Shown here: one piece after another, positions 14,326 to 23,173 of the stretch | Position numbering within the stretch: the stretch's first letter is position 1 | Layout: every line of letters starts with the position of its first letter | NCBI RefSeq assembly: GCF_008065095.1 | Contig: NZ_CP042911.1 | Coordinates: 7,350,001-7,382,000, forward strand | DNA from: Gemmata obscuriglobus | GTDB lineage: Bacteria; Planctomycetota; Planctomycetia; Gemmatales; Gemmataceae | Direction of reading: 5' to 3' | Length of the DNA: 32,000 nucleotides | Translations under genes and position numbers: made by a program | Notes under the pieces: generated by a model | Databases searched by the model: none | What the model was told of the DNA's origin: nothing | Seen by the model: only the letters and a program-made list of their open reading frames with translations

Positions 14326-14460
14326 GCCCCCTCTTCAAACCGCGTCCGGTGCGTCACGGCACCCGATTCGGTCGCGTTGCGGGAGCGACGGGTGGTAACG
14401 GATCGGTTCCGGCATCAGACGCGAGCGCGGCGGCCCGGAGGCCGGCGGGGCGGCGCGGGG

Positions 14461-15708
14461 CTACCACGACCGTAACCGGCAACCGGGCCGCGCCTTGAGC
14501 AGCTCCCGTATCGCCCCGTCGGTCACCTCGGTTTCCCGCAACTCGACGTACGCCAGCTTTCGGCACGCGAACAGGCTCCGCACCCCGTCGTCCGTCACCC
14601 GCGTCGCCACCAGCGTCAGGCCGGTCAGGTTCGGCGCCGCCGCCAGCGCGCTCACCCCGTCGTCGCCCACCCGCGTGTACCCCAGGTTCAGGCGGGTCAG
14701 GCCCGGCGCTGCCGCCAGCGCCTTCGCCCCCTCGTCACCGACCCGCGTCTTCTCCAGCGAGACGGACGTGAGCCGGTTCGGCGCGGCGGCCAGCGCGGTC
14801 ACCCCTCCGTCGCCCGCCTTCGTGTACGAGAGGTCAAGGTCCGTCAGCTCCGGGAGCGCGGCCAGCTCGCGCACCCCCGCGTCCGTCACCGCGGTCGAGC
14901 TCAGCCGGACCCGCGTCAGCTTCTTGAACCGGGCCAGGTGCTTCAGGCCGGCGTCCGTCACCTTGGTGAAGGTAAGGTCGATTTCCGTGAGTTCCGTCAG
15001 CGGGGCGAGGTTCTCTAGCGCGGCGTCCGTTATCTTGGTCCCCTCCAGCCCGAGCACCCGGAGCTGTGGCATCGTGGCCAGCGTCCGGGCGCCCGCGTCG
15101 GTCACCTCGATCCCGCCGAGGCTCAGGTCCGTCAAGCCCTTGATCGCCCGCAGCTCGTTCAGACCCGCGTCGGTGATCCCGCGGTACGAGCCCGCGCTGG
15201 TGGCCCCGCGGGACGTGCCGTGGAGCGACAGGGCGCTGAGCCCGTCGAGCGCCGCGAGGTGCTTCAGCCCGGCGTCGGTGATGGACGCACCGTTCAGGCG
15301 CAGGACCACGAGGTTCGGCTGCCCGGCCAGTTCGGCCAGCTTCTGGTCCGTCACGTCGTGGTGCGCCAGGCTGAGCCCGAACGGCACCGGCACCACCGGG
15401 CGGCCGGCGAGCTTGCTCGTGCCGGTGTGCTTGAACCCCTGAACGGGGAGGGCGTACCCGGCCCGCTCGTTGGGTCGGAGGGTCATGCCACTCGTCAGCA
15501 CGTCCGCCTCGATCCACCCGGGGGAAACGAACCCCCAGGCCCGCGCGACCTCCGGGGGGATCGGCGGGGGATCGGCGCGCCGGTGCGGGGCGGGCGCGGC
15601 CGGCGTGGCGTCGCCCGGTACGGCCGCCGGGTCGCCGCCCGGAACCGCCGGGCGGCCGCACCCGCACCACAGGAGCACGAGAACGGGGAGCACACGCGCA
15701 CGCGTCAC
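14461..15708 (-). CDS. Leucine-rich-repeat lipoprotein (RI-type ~24-aa LRRs)
   Basis: Repeats of L..L.L.(G/S)T.VTDAGLK.LA. The lipobox-like sequence is VLVLLWCGCG. GTG at 15708 with GAGGAAG upstream avoids overlap with the preceding stop. The track start at 15741 is the alternative. Confidence 0.8.
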   Translation of the reverse strand: MTRARVLPVLVLLWCGCGRPAVPGGDPAAVPGDATPAAPAPHRRADPPPIPPEVARAWGFVSPGWIEADVLTSGMTLRPNERAGYALPVQGFKHTGTSKLAGRPVVPVPFGLSLAHHDVTDQKLAELAGQPNLVVLRLNGASITDAGLKHLAALDGLSALSLHGTSRGATSAGSYRGITDAGLNELRAIKGLTDLSLGGIEVTDAGARTLATMPQLRVLGLEGTKITDAALENLAPLTELTEIDLTFTKVTDAGLKHLARFKKLTRVRLSSTAVTDAGVRELAALPELTDLDLSYTKAGDGGVTALAAAPNRLTSVSLEKTRVGDEGAKALAAAPGLTRLNLGYTRVGDDGVSALAAAPNLTGLTLVATRVTDDGVRSLFACRKLAYVELRETEVTDGAIRELLKARPGCRLRSW

Positions 15709-15710
15709 AG

Positions 15711-17819
15711 CTACTTCCTCACGAGGGGGCTGTCGGGCCACCGCATCGGGGCGTTGCCCGTGAGGACCTCGCAGCGGGGGGGGAACGGCGGGGCCGGGCC
15801 GGCGCCGAGGTGCAGCACCCGGAGGTGCGGGAGCTTAGCAAGGGCCGCCAGGGTCCGCTCGCCGGTGAGCGCGCCCGCCAGGTTCAGGTACTCGAGGGTC
15901 GTGATGCCCGCCAGCGGCTCGGCTTCCCCCCTTGGGGCGCCGGACAGGTCGAGCGCGACGAGGCCCGGGTGCCGGCCCAGGGCCGCGACCCCGGCCGGCC
16001 CCACCTTGATCTCGCTCAGCCACAGGGTGCGCAGGGTCTTCACCCCCGCCAGCACCTGGACCCCTTCGTCCGTGACCCCCGTCCGCGAGAGGCACAGGTG
16101 CTTCAAGTTCGGCAGCGCCGCCAGGTCCCGGGCGCCGGCGTCCGTCAGCCGCCGCGTGTCCGACAGGCTCACGCACTCCAGCCGCTTCATCCGGGCCACG
16201 TCCCACGCGCCCTCGTCGGTGATCCCGGCGCCGCCGGTCATCAGGGCGCGCAAGTGTTTGAGGGCCGGGAACTCGCGCAGGTCCGTGTCCTGAAACGTCC
16301 CGGACAGGGTCGTGAGGTTCGGGATGGACGCGACCGCGCGGGCCATCCCGGGGACGAGCACCCCGTGCAGGTGCAGCTCCTCGAGCGTGTCGAGGGCAGC
16401 GAGCCGGCGCATCTCGGCCGGCGTGACTGCGCGGTCGTCCCCGCCGTACAGGGGCAGCGTGAGGGCGGACAGCTTTCGCAGGTCGGCCAGCGCGCCGATC
16501 CCGCCCGCGACCCGGGTGTTCCGGAGCACGAGGGTGTCCAGGTTCCGAAAAACGGTCAGCTCCTTGAGCCCGGCGCCCGTCACCGGTTGCCCGGACAGGT
16601 CGAGGTGCACCACCTCGTCGGGACCGGCCGGCCGGCCCCGCTCCGCCCGCGCCTGGGGGATGGTGTGGAGCTTGCCCGCGCGGCGCAGCCCGGCCAGCGC
16701 GTCGTCGGTGACCGTCGCCAGGTGGACGGCCTCGAGCTTCGAGGCCCCCGACAGCTCGGCCAGCACCTTGCCGTCGAGCAGGTCCGACTGGAAGTGGAGC
16801 GACCGGAGCTCGGGGAGCCCGGCCAGTTGGGCCACCGCGTCGGCCGGCCACCGCCCCTCCACGGCGAGCGCCGCCAGCGCCCGGCACGCGACGACGTCCG
16901 CGACGTCGGCCGCCTTCACCTTGGACCCCGAGAGGGCGAGGTGCGTGAGCCCCGCGCCGGCGAACGGCCGGAGCCCGGCCCCGGTGACCTGAGTGAAGAG
17001 CAGGGTCAGCGCGCGGAGGTTCTTGAGCCCGGCCAGCTCCTTGAGCCCCGCGTCGGTGACCCGCAGCCGGCTCAGGTCGAGCGCCTCCAGCCCCTCGACC
17101 GCGGCCAGGTGCTTCATCCCCGCGTCGGTGACCTGCGTCCGCTCGAGCCGGAGCGACTTGAGTTTCGGGAACGCCGCCAGCAGCTTCAGGTCGTCGTCCC
17201 CCACCCGCGAGAACGAGAGGTCGAGGTGCGTGAGGCCCTTGGCCGCGGCCAGCGCCCTCAGCTTGGCCCCGGTGTCCCTCGAACTACTTAAACCAATGTA
17301 CGTAACGTTATCGATCTTGGCGATCTCAGCGAGTTCGAACTCATTCGACTCGCCCCCGATCAACAGCCCGAACGGCCGGTCGGTCGGCGCGACCGCGCGG
17401 AGCGCGGTCAAAAGGTGCTCCCCCCCCAGCCCCCAGCCGAGAAGCGGCTCCCGAACGGCCCCCAGTTGCCTGGGGTCGAACACGCGGGTGGCCGGGTCGC
17501 CGTCCAGCCAGACCGGCACCCGGTTGCGGGTCTGTGCCGCGAGCGTCTTGGCGTCGAAGGGCATCGAGGCGCTCGCGAGCGTGGGCCGCTTGCGCGGGGG
17601 GAGCGGCGGGACGTCCTCGGCCGCGTCGTCCGGCGCGGGCCGCCGGCCGGTGCGGTCGCGCTGTTCTTTCCCGTCCCCGCGCGAAGCGGCCGCCGGTTCG
17701 GACGGGGCGGCGGCCGGGACGCCCGCTTGTGACTCGGGTGCGGGCGGGTCCGCCCGCCGCTTGCACCCTGCCGTGGTAACGAGAACGAGTAGAAATAACA
17801 CCAACGGGCGACAGATCAT
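15711..17819 (-). CDS. Large leucine-rich-repeat lipoprotein, paralogous to the downstream LRR gene
   Basis: ATG at 17819 gives MICRPLVLFLLVLVTTAGCKRR (lipobox). A Pro/Ala-rich linker is followed by about 18 LRR units (TDAGLKELAGLKNLRALTL etc.). Confidence 0.8.
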   Translation of the reverse strand: MICRPLVLFLLVLVTTAGCKRRADPPAPESQAGVPAAAPSEPAAASRGDGKEQRDRTGRRPAPDDAAEDVPPLPPRKRPTLASASMPFDAKTLAAQTRNRVPVWLDGDPATRVFDPRQLGAVREPLLGWGLGGEHLLTALRAVAPTDRPFGLLIGGESNEFELAEIAKIDNVTYIGLSSSRDTGAKLRALAAAKGLTHLDLSFSRVGDDDLKLLAAFPKLKSLRLERTQVTDAGMKHLAAVEGLEALDLSRLRVTDAGLKELAGLKNLRALTLLFTQVTGAGLRPFAGAGLTHLALSGSKVKAADVADVVACRALAALAVEGRWPADAVAQLAGLPELRSLHFQSDLLDGKVLAELSGASKLEAVHLATVTDDALAGLRRAGKLHTIPQARAERGRPAGPDEVVHLDLSGQPVTGAGLKELTVFRNLDTLVLRNTRVAGGIGALADLRKLSALTLPLYGGDDRAVTPAEMRRLAALDTLEELHLHGVLVPGMARAVASIPNLTTLSGTFQDTDLREFPALKHLRALMTGGAGITDEGAWDVARMKRLECVSLSDTRRLTDAGARDLAALPNLKHLCLSRTGVTDEGVQVLAGVKTLRTLWLSEIKVGPAGVAALGRHPGLVALDLSGAPRGEAEPLAGITTLEYLNLAGALTGERTLAALAKLPHLRVLHLGAGPAPPFPPRCEVLTGNAPMRWPDSPLVRK

Positions 17820-18212
17820 CGAGACCTCACACGAGTCGCGGCTACGCCGGTCATAACGACGTGCCGGTATCATATCAGGTTGAACCTGCCACATCGGTGC
17901 CGTAACTCCGCAATGCCCCGTTCCTGAGCGCATGCCCACTTCTCCCCTCACCCATCACCACATCACCTACGTTATCATCAAATCTCTAGTTTTGCGCCGG
18001 ACGCAATTATCCTGCGCCGGTGCGAAGTTGGCTGCGCGGGCGTGGATGCTGCGACGAATTTCGCGCCCGGCGCCCGCTCGCCAGCTCGAAACTGAAATAG
18101 CCTGCAATGAACGGGAAGCGCGCCCGGTCCCGCCTTTGAGCCCGTAACCGCAAGCTTCCCGGGCGGGCCGAACACCCGCACCGGGCTCGACCGCACCCGG
18201 AGGTTCCCACCG

Positions 18213-18293
18213 ATGCCGTTCCGCCCCACGGTTGAGCAACTCGAGGACCGGACCGTCCCCGCGCTCGTCGCGCAGCGCGGCGACCTCCGATAG
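18213..18293 (+). pseudogene. Orphan 26-codon ORF encoding a LEDRTVPA-type N-terminus (likely a gene remnant)
   Basis: GGAGG lies 9 nt upstream of the ATG. MPFRPTVEQLEDRTVPALVAQRGDLR-stop shares the LEDRTVPA motif with the protease N-terminus at 23174. Confidence 0.35.
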
Positions 18294-18583
18294 GGTCGTG
18301 CCTTTGCCGAGGCGCGGGCCTCTGGCCCGCCGGTACGCGCCCGAAGTGAGCCTCGGGTACACGCCAAGCCGAACCGAACCGCATGCGTCAAGCGGGCCAG
18401 AGGCCCGGGCCCCGGCAAAAGCACGGTGCCGGCGCGCACCAACTGGAGCGCGGATCAGACTTCCGCTCGGCAACGCGAACCGGCGCGCAATTTTTCGGCT
18501 CAGGCTTGTGGTAGTCGCTCCGTCCCGGGTAAGATCGTCCCACCTCGCCCGCACGAGGCGGGGCGCTCCAGGAGGGACCGTCG

Positions 18584-20110
18584 ATGATCTGCCGCCGGAG
18601 TTCGCTGTTCGCCGCGCTCGCCGCGGGCACACTGCTGGTTTCGGGAACCGCCTTCGCACAGGAACAGGCCGCCCAACCGCCGCAACTCGTCCTCCCGGCG
18701 CTGCCGCAACCGGTGCCAGCGCCACCCGCACCGAACGTCGGCACCGTGTTCGGGCAGCAGTCGTTCATTCCCATACCGGGGCGGCCGGCCGGACCGCGGT
18801 TCAGCTTCAAGATCGATCCCAACACCCCGGTGAAGGACCTGTTACCGGTCGCGCCGAAGGCCGCACCGGCGCGGGGGCCGCTCCTCGCGGACGACCTGAA
18901 CAAGGTGCCCGAGGTCGAGTTCGAGGCCCGCGCCGACCAGCCCGCCGATCACGGCAAGATGACGGAGCGCACCGCGCACCAGTTGGCCAAGATCAGCCAC
19001 ATGAACGCCAAGAAGGCCGACGCGTTCATGGGTGCGCTGATCGAGAGCCGCGCGGACCTCGCCGGCATGCCGTTCGTCATGGGCGACGACTGCCGGAGCG
19101 GGCCGGAGCGCGCCGCGCACTTCGCCGCGGCCGTCGCGCTCGTCCGCCGCGCGATGCAATCCGGCGGCAGCGGGCGGGCCTTCTGGACCAACTACAACGC
19201 CCTCTGCGAGCAACAGGACGAGGCCGCCCCGCGGAGCGACAAGGCCCTCAAAGAGCATTTCACGGTGGCCCGCATCGCGGCGCTGACGCAGATGCTCGCG
19301 CCCGAAACGGCTGAGATGCGGGCCGGGCTGGTGAAGCACCTCACCGGGGTGCCGCACGTCGAAGCGACCCGGGCGCTCGCGCGGCTCGCCGTCTTCTCAC
19401 CGGAAGACGACCTGCGGTTCGCCGCCGTCGACGCGCTCAAGGTGCGCCGCGAGAAGGACTACACCGACGTGCTCGTGAAGGCGCTGCGGTACCCGTTCCC
19501 GGCGGTCGCCCGGCGCGCCGCCGACGCCATCGCCCGGCTGGAGCGCGCCGACCTCACCGGCGAACTGGTCGCCGTGCTCGACGAGGAGGACCCGCGGCTG
19601 CCGCAGGCGCGGAAGAACGGCAAGGCGCAGTTCGTGCGCGAGATGGTGAAGGTGAACCACCACCGGAACTGCATGATGTGCCACGCCCCGGGCACCAGCG
19701 GCGTGTCCGCCGCGTCCGACGTCACCGCCGAGGTGCCGGTCCCGGGCGAGCCGCTCCCCTCCCCCTCGCAGGGGTACCGGCAGTCGTCGCCCGACCTGAT
19801 GGTGCGCATCGACGTGACGTACCTGCGGCAAGACTTCTCGGCCCGGCTCACGGTGCCCGACGCGCTGCCGTGGCCCGACCAGCAGCGGTTCGACTTCTTC
19901 GTCCGCGAGCGCGTCGTGAGCGACGAGGAGGCCGGCGCGTACCGCGAGAAGCTCACGTCGAAGGAGCCCGGCGTGCTGTCGCCGTACCACAAGGCCGCAC
20001 TGGCGGCGCTGCGCGAGCTGACCGGAAAAGACACCGCGCCGACGGCCGCCGCCTGGCGCAAACTTCTGGACGCGCCGGCCAAGCCCGCGCCTCAATCGCG
20101 GCGTGACTGA
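18584..20110 (+). CDS. Secreted HEAT-repeat protein with a single CXXCH haem-c motif
   Basis: The signal peptide is MICRRSSLFAALAAGTLLVSGTAFA. HEAT-like helices include RALARLAVFSPEDDLRFAAVDALK and FPAVARRAADAIARL. NCMMCH lies at nt 19670-19684. Confidence 0.75.
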   Translation: MICRRSSLFAALAAGTLLVSGTAFAQEQAAQPPQLVLPALPQPVPAPPAPNVGTVFGQQSFIPIPGRPAGPRFSFKIDPNTPVKDLLPVAPKAAPARGPLLADDLNKVPEVEFEARADQPADHGKMTERTAHQLAKISHMNAKKADAFMGALIESRADLAGMPFVMGDDCRSGPERAAHFAAAVALVRRAMQSGGSGRAFWTNYNALCEQQDEAAPRSDKALKEHFTVARIAALTQMLAPETAEMRAGLVKHLTGVPHVEATRALARLAVFSPEDDLRFAAVDALKVRREKDYTDVLVKALRYPFPAVARRAADAIARLERADLTGELVAVLDEEDPRLPQARKNGKAQFVREMVKVNHHRNCMMCHAPGTSGVSAASDVTAEVPVPGEPLPSPSQGYRQSSPDLMVRIDVTYLRQDFSARLTVPDALPWPDQQRFDFFVRERVVSDEEAGAYREKLTSKEPGVLSPYHKAALAALRELTGKDTAPTAAAWRKLLDAPAKPAPQSRRD

Positions 20111-20140
20111 CCGACCAGCCGACGACACCCATCCGAAGAC

Positions 20141-20172
20141 CGCGGGCCGTGTTCAGCCGAACACGGCCCGCG
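20141..20172 (+). terminator. Strong GC hairpin downstream of the HEAT/CXXCH gene
   Basis: CGCGGGCCGTGTTC-AGCC-GAACACGGCCCGCG forms a 14-bp perfect stem 31 nt after the stop. Only a weak T-tract (ATCGTTTACC) follows. Confidence 0.45.
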
Positions 20173-20317
20173 ATCGTTTACCGCCACGGGCCGTAAAAGT
20201 ACGGTACCGTACACGCCTATTTCGTGGCCGTCGCGCCCGCACGCGAAATTTTCCCGTCCTTCCCGAATCGATGAAGCGATTATCCGTAAATCCGTGAGAC
20301 ACCCCGACAGTCGCGCG

Positions 20318-20344
20318 TTGGGGCGCGACCGCGTGCGGTATAAT
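20318..20344 (+). promoter_or_regulatory. Possible sigma-70-like promoter upstream of the kinase gene
   Basis: TTGGGG-N15-TATAAT (the -10 at 20339-20344 is a perfect hexamer, rare in this GC-rich DNA). The spacer is short and the -35 is weak. Confidence 0.25.
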
Positions 20345-20487
20345 CCGAGCAACCGGCACGTCCCGACGAGCGAGGCCTGTTTGTGTGCCTCGCGCACTCG
20401 ATGAATTATCGAGCGACCGGAACGGGTTGTGACTCCGAACGGAATTCGGCCGCTCGGCCCTCGATACAGTAACGGACCCGCCCGCAC

Positions 20488-23148
20488 ATGAGTGCCCAGT
20501 TCCAGCCCGGCCCGGCCGTCGGCACCGACTGCGAGAACCCGAAAACGGCGGTGTGGGACTCGCTCGATCCGGCCGTGGGCGGTGCGACCACGCGGCGCGA
20601 GTGGCGCCCGGGCGATCACGTCCTCGGGTTCACCCTCGTCGAGTTCCTCGGCAAGGGGACGTTCGCCCAGGTGTTCCTGGCCGAACAGGAGGCGATCGCG
20701 GGCCGGCTGGTGGTGCTCAAGGTCACCAGCACGCCGACCCCGGAGCCCGACCGGCTGGGCCGGCTCCAGCACCCGAACGTCGTCCCCATCCACTCGGTCC
20801 ACAGCGCGCCGCCGCACGAACTCATCTGCATGCCCTACCTGGGGCGCACCACCCTGGCCGACGTGTTGCGCGCGGAGCGCTACCGTAACCCGTCGCACCC
20901 CACGCGGTTCGCCCACTCGGGGAGCAGCCCCACGCAGCCCGGAACCGGCTCGGTCCCGGTCGCGGGGCTGCGCATGCTGCCGGCGGCTCCACCCGGGGAC
21001 GGGTTGCTCGGTGACCACCGGCGCGTCCTGCGGTTGCTGTCCGACCTCGCCGCCGGGCTGGACCACGCCCACCACCGCGGCATCCTGCACCTGGACATCA
21101 AGCCGGCGAACGTGCTGCTCGCCGACACCGGCGAGCCGATGCTGCTCGACTTCAACCTGGCCCACGACACCACCGCCACGGCCCGCGGGCCGGTCGGGGG
21201 GACGCTCCCGTACGCGGCCCCGGAGCAGCTGGCCGAGATCGACACGCGGGCCGGCCACGCGGTCGACGAGCGCGCGGACCTGTACGCCCTCGGGGCGCTG
21301 GCCTACGAGCTGTTCACCGCCGAGCAGGCGTTCCCCGCGGGCATGATGTCGAAGTCGGAGTTCAAGCAGTACATCGCGAACCGCCGGACGGTGCCCTCGG
21401 TCCGGGCCGCAGCCCCGGCCGTGCCCCGGGCGGTCGATGCGATCGTGCGGAAGCTCCTCGCCCCGAGCCCCGCGGACCGGTACCAGACCGCCCTCGAACT
21501 CAAAACCGACCTCGACCGCCAGCTCGCCGACCTGCCGCTCGCGTCGGCCCCGGACCGCTCGCCGGTCGAGCGGCTCGGCAAGTGGCACCGGCGGAACCCG
21601 TGGCTGGCGCTGCGGCTGGCGCTCGCCGCGGTGGTGGGGCTGGCGCTGGGGTTCGGGGTCGTGGTCTACCGCCAGGAGGGCGCGACCCGCGCGCGCGCCG
21701 CGGCGGAGCAGGCGCTCGCGGCCCAGAACCAGATGCCGGCCCTGCGGCTCGACCTGACCGCCCCGGGCGACTCGCCGAGCCGAGCCCGGGGGCGGGCGGC
21801 CGCCGAGCGACACCTCGCCGCCTTCGGGCTGCCCGGCGACGACAACTGGCGCAACGCGGAGCCGTTCGCCCGCCTGCCGGACGGGTTCAAGCCCGGGGCC
21901 GCGGCCGACCTCGGCGAACTGCTCCTGTTGCTCGCCCACGCCCGCACCCAGGACGCGCGGGCTCTACCCGAAGACGAACGCGCCGCGGCCCTCCGCGAGG
22001 CGCTCCGACTGAACCGGCTCGCCGAAGGCTGCTTCGCCCCGGACGCCGTTCCCCCGTTCCTGTTCGCCCAGCGGGCGCGGCTCGACGGGGAGCCCGCGCC
22101 CGCCCCAACCGAACCGCGGCACCCGCGCGACCACTACCTTGAGGCGGTCGGCCTGATCGCCGACGGCCGGTTCCGCGCCGCGACCGGACCGCTTGAACGG
22201 ACCGTCGCCGGCGCCCCCGCGCACGGCGCCGCCCACTTCGCGCTCGCCTTCTGCCGCCAGCAGCTCGGCCAGTACCAGCGGGCGCTGGAGCGGTACGACA
22301 CCGCCCACGCGCTGCTCGCGCGCGACCCGCGCCCGGCGTTCAACCGCGGGATCGTGTACGGGCTCATGCAGAAGCACCCGGAGGCCGAGGCCGAGTTCGC
22401 ACTGGCGCTCGCGATCGATCCGGGGCACGCCGAGTCGCACCGGAACCGCGCCGTCGCGCGGCTCGCGCAGCGCAAGCACCCGGAGGCCGAGCAGGACCTC
22501 ACGGCCGCGCTCGAGAAGGGCGTCTCCCCGCTCCTCGTGTACCCGCTCCGCGCGCAACTGCGGGCGCTCCGCGGCGACGCCACGGGGGCCGAACAGGACC
22601 GCGCCGCGGCCGCCGCGCACGAGCCGAAGACCGAGAGCGAGTTCATCGCCCGCGGGCTGGCGAGGCTGGCCGCCGACCCCGCGGCGGCGCTGCGCGACTT
22701 CGAGGCCGCGGAGCGGGTCAACCCGACCTCGCTCCGGGCCGTCCAGAACCAGGCCCACGTCCACTCCGACCACCGGAAGGACTCGAAGCGCGCGCTAGAA
22801 CTGGTGACGCGGGCCGCCGAACTGTACCCGGAGTACGCCCCGGCCCGCGCCGGGCGGGCGGTGCTGCTGGCCCGATTCGGCCGCCGCGCCGAGGCCCACA
22901 AGGAGGCCGAAACGGCGCTTACGCTGTCCGACGCCGCGGACGTCGCTTACCAGCTCGCGGGGGTGTACGCCCTGACCTCCGCGACCGCCCCGGCCGACGC
23001 CGGCCGCGCGTTCGAGCTGCTCCGGCAGGCGCTCCGCACCGGGTTCCGCGACGCGCGCACGCTCGCCGCCGACCCCGACCTCGACCCGATCCGTAACCGC
23101 CCTGAGTTCGGCGCGCTCGTGGCCGCGCTCAAGGATCTGAACCGCTAA
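20488..23148 (+). CDS. Transmembrane Ser/Thr protein kinase with a C-terminal TPR domain
   Basis: Kinase motifs GKGTFAQV, VVLKV, HRGILHLDIKPANVLL, DFNLA and PYAAPE are present. The TM segment is WLALRLALAAVVGLALGFGVVVY. Multiple TPR-like units follow (A.F.LA.C...LG.Y..AL..YD.A). Confidence 0.9.
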   Translation: MSAQFQPGPAVGTDCENPKTAVWDSLDPAVGGATTRREWRPGDHVLGFTLVEFLGKGTFAQVFLAEQEAIAGRLVVLKVTSTPTPEPDRLGRLQHPNVVPIHSVHSAPPHELICMPYLGRTTLADVLRAERYRNPSHPTRFAHSGSSPTQPGTGSVPVAGLRMLPAAPPGDGLLGDHRRVLRLLSDLAAGLDHAHHRGILHLDIKPANVLLADTGEPMLLDFNLAHDTTATARGPVGGTLPYAAPEQLAEIDTRAGHAVDERADLYALGALAYELFTAEQAFPAGMMSKSEFKQYIANRRTVPSVRAAAPAVPRAVDAIVRKLLAPSPADRYQTALELKTDLDRQLADLPLASAPDRSPVERLGKWHRRNPWLALRLALAAVVGLALGFGVVVYRQEGATRARAAAEQALAAQNQMPALRLDLTAPGDSPSRARGRAAAERHLAAFGLPGDDNWRNAEPFARLPDGFKPGAAADLGELLLLLAHARTQDARALPEDERAAALREALRLNRLAEGCFAPDAVPPFLFAQRARLDGEPAPAPTEPRHPRDHYLEAVGLIADGRFRAATGPLERTVAGAPAHGAAHFALAFCRQQLGQYQRALERYDTAHALLARDPRPAFNRGIVYGLMQKHPEAEAEFALALAIDPGHAESHRNRAVARLAQRKHPEAEQDLTAALEKGVSPLLVYPLRAQLRALRGDATGAEQDRAAAAAHEPKTESEFIARGLARLAADPAAALRDFEAAERVNPTSLRAVQNQAHVHSDHRKDSKRALELVTRAAELYPEYAPARAGRAVLLARFGRRAEAHKEAETALTLSDAADVAYQLAGVYALTSATAPADAGRAFELLRQALRTGFRDARTLAADPDLDPIRNRPEFGALVAALKDLNR

Positions 23149-23173
23149 GCTCTCCGACGCCCAGAGGATCTCC

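Noticed and set aside
20199-20212. Perfect 14-bp palindrome GTACGGTACCGTAC upstream of the kinase as an operator
   Set aside because: On a uniform-base estimate (32,000/4^7) about two 14-bp perfect palindromes are expected by chance in 32 kb. There is no second copy or associated regulator gene.
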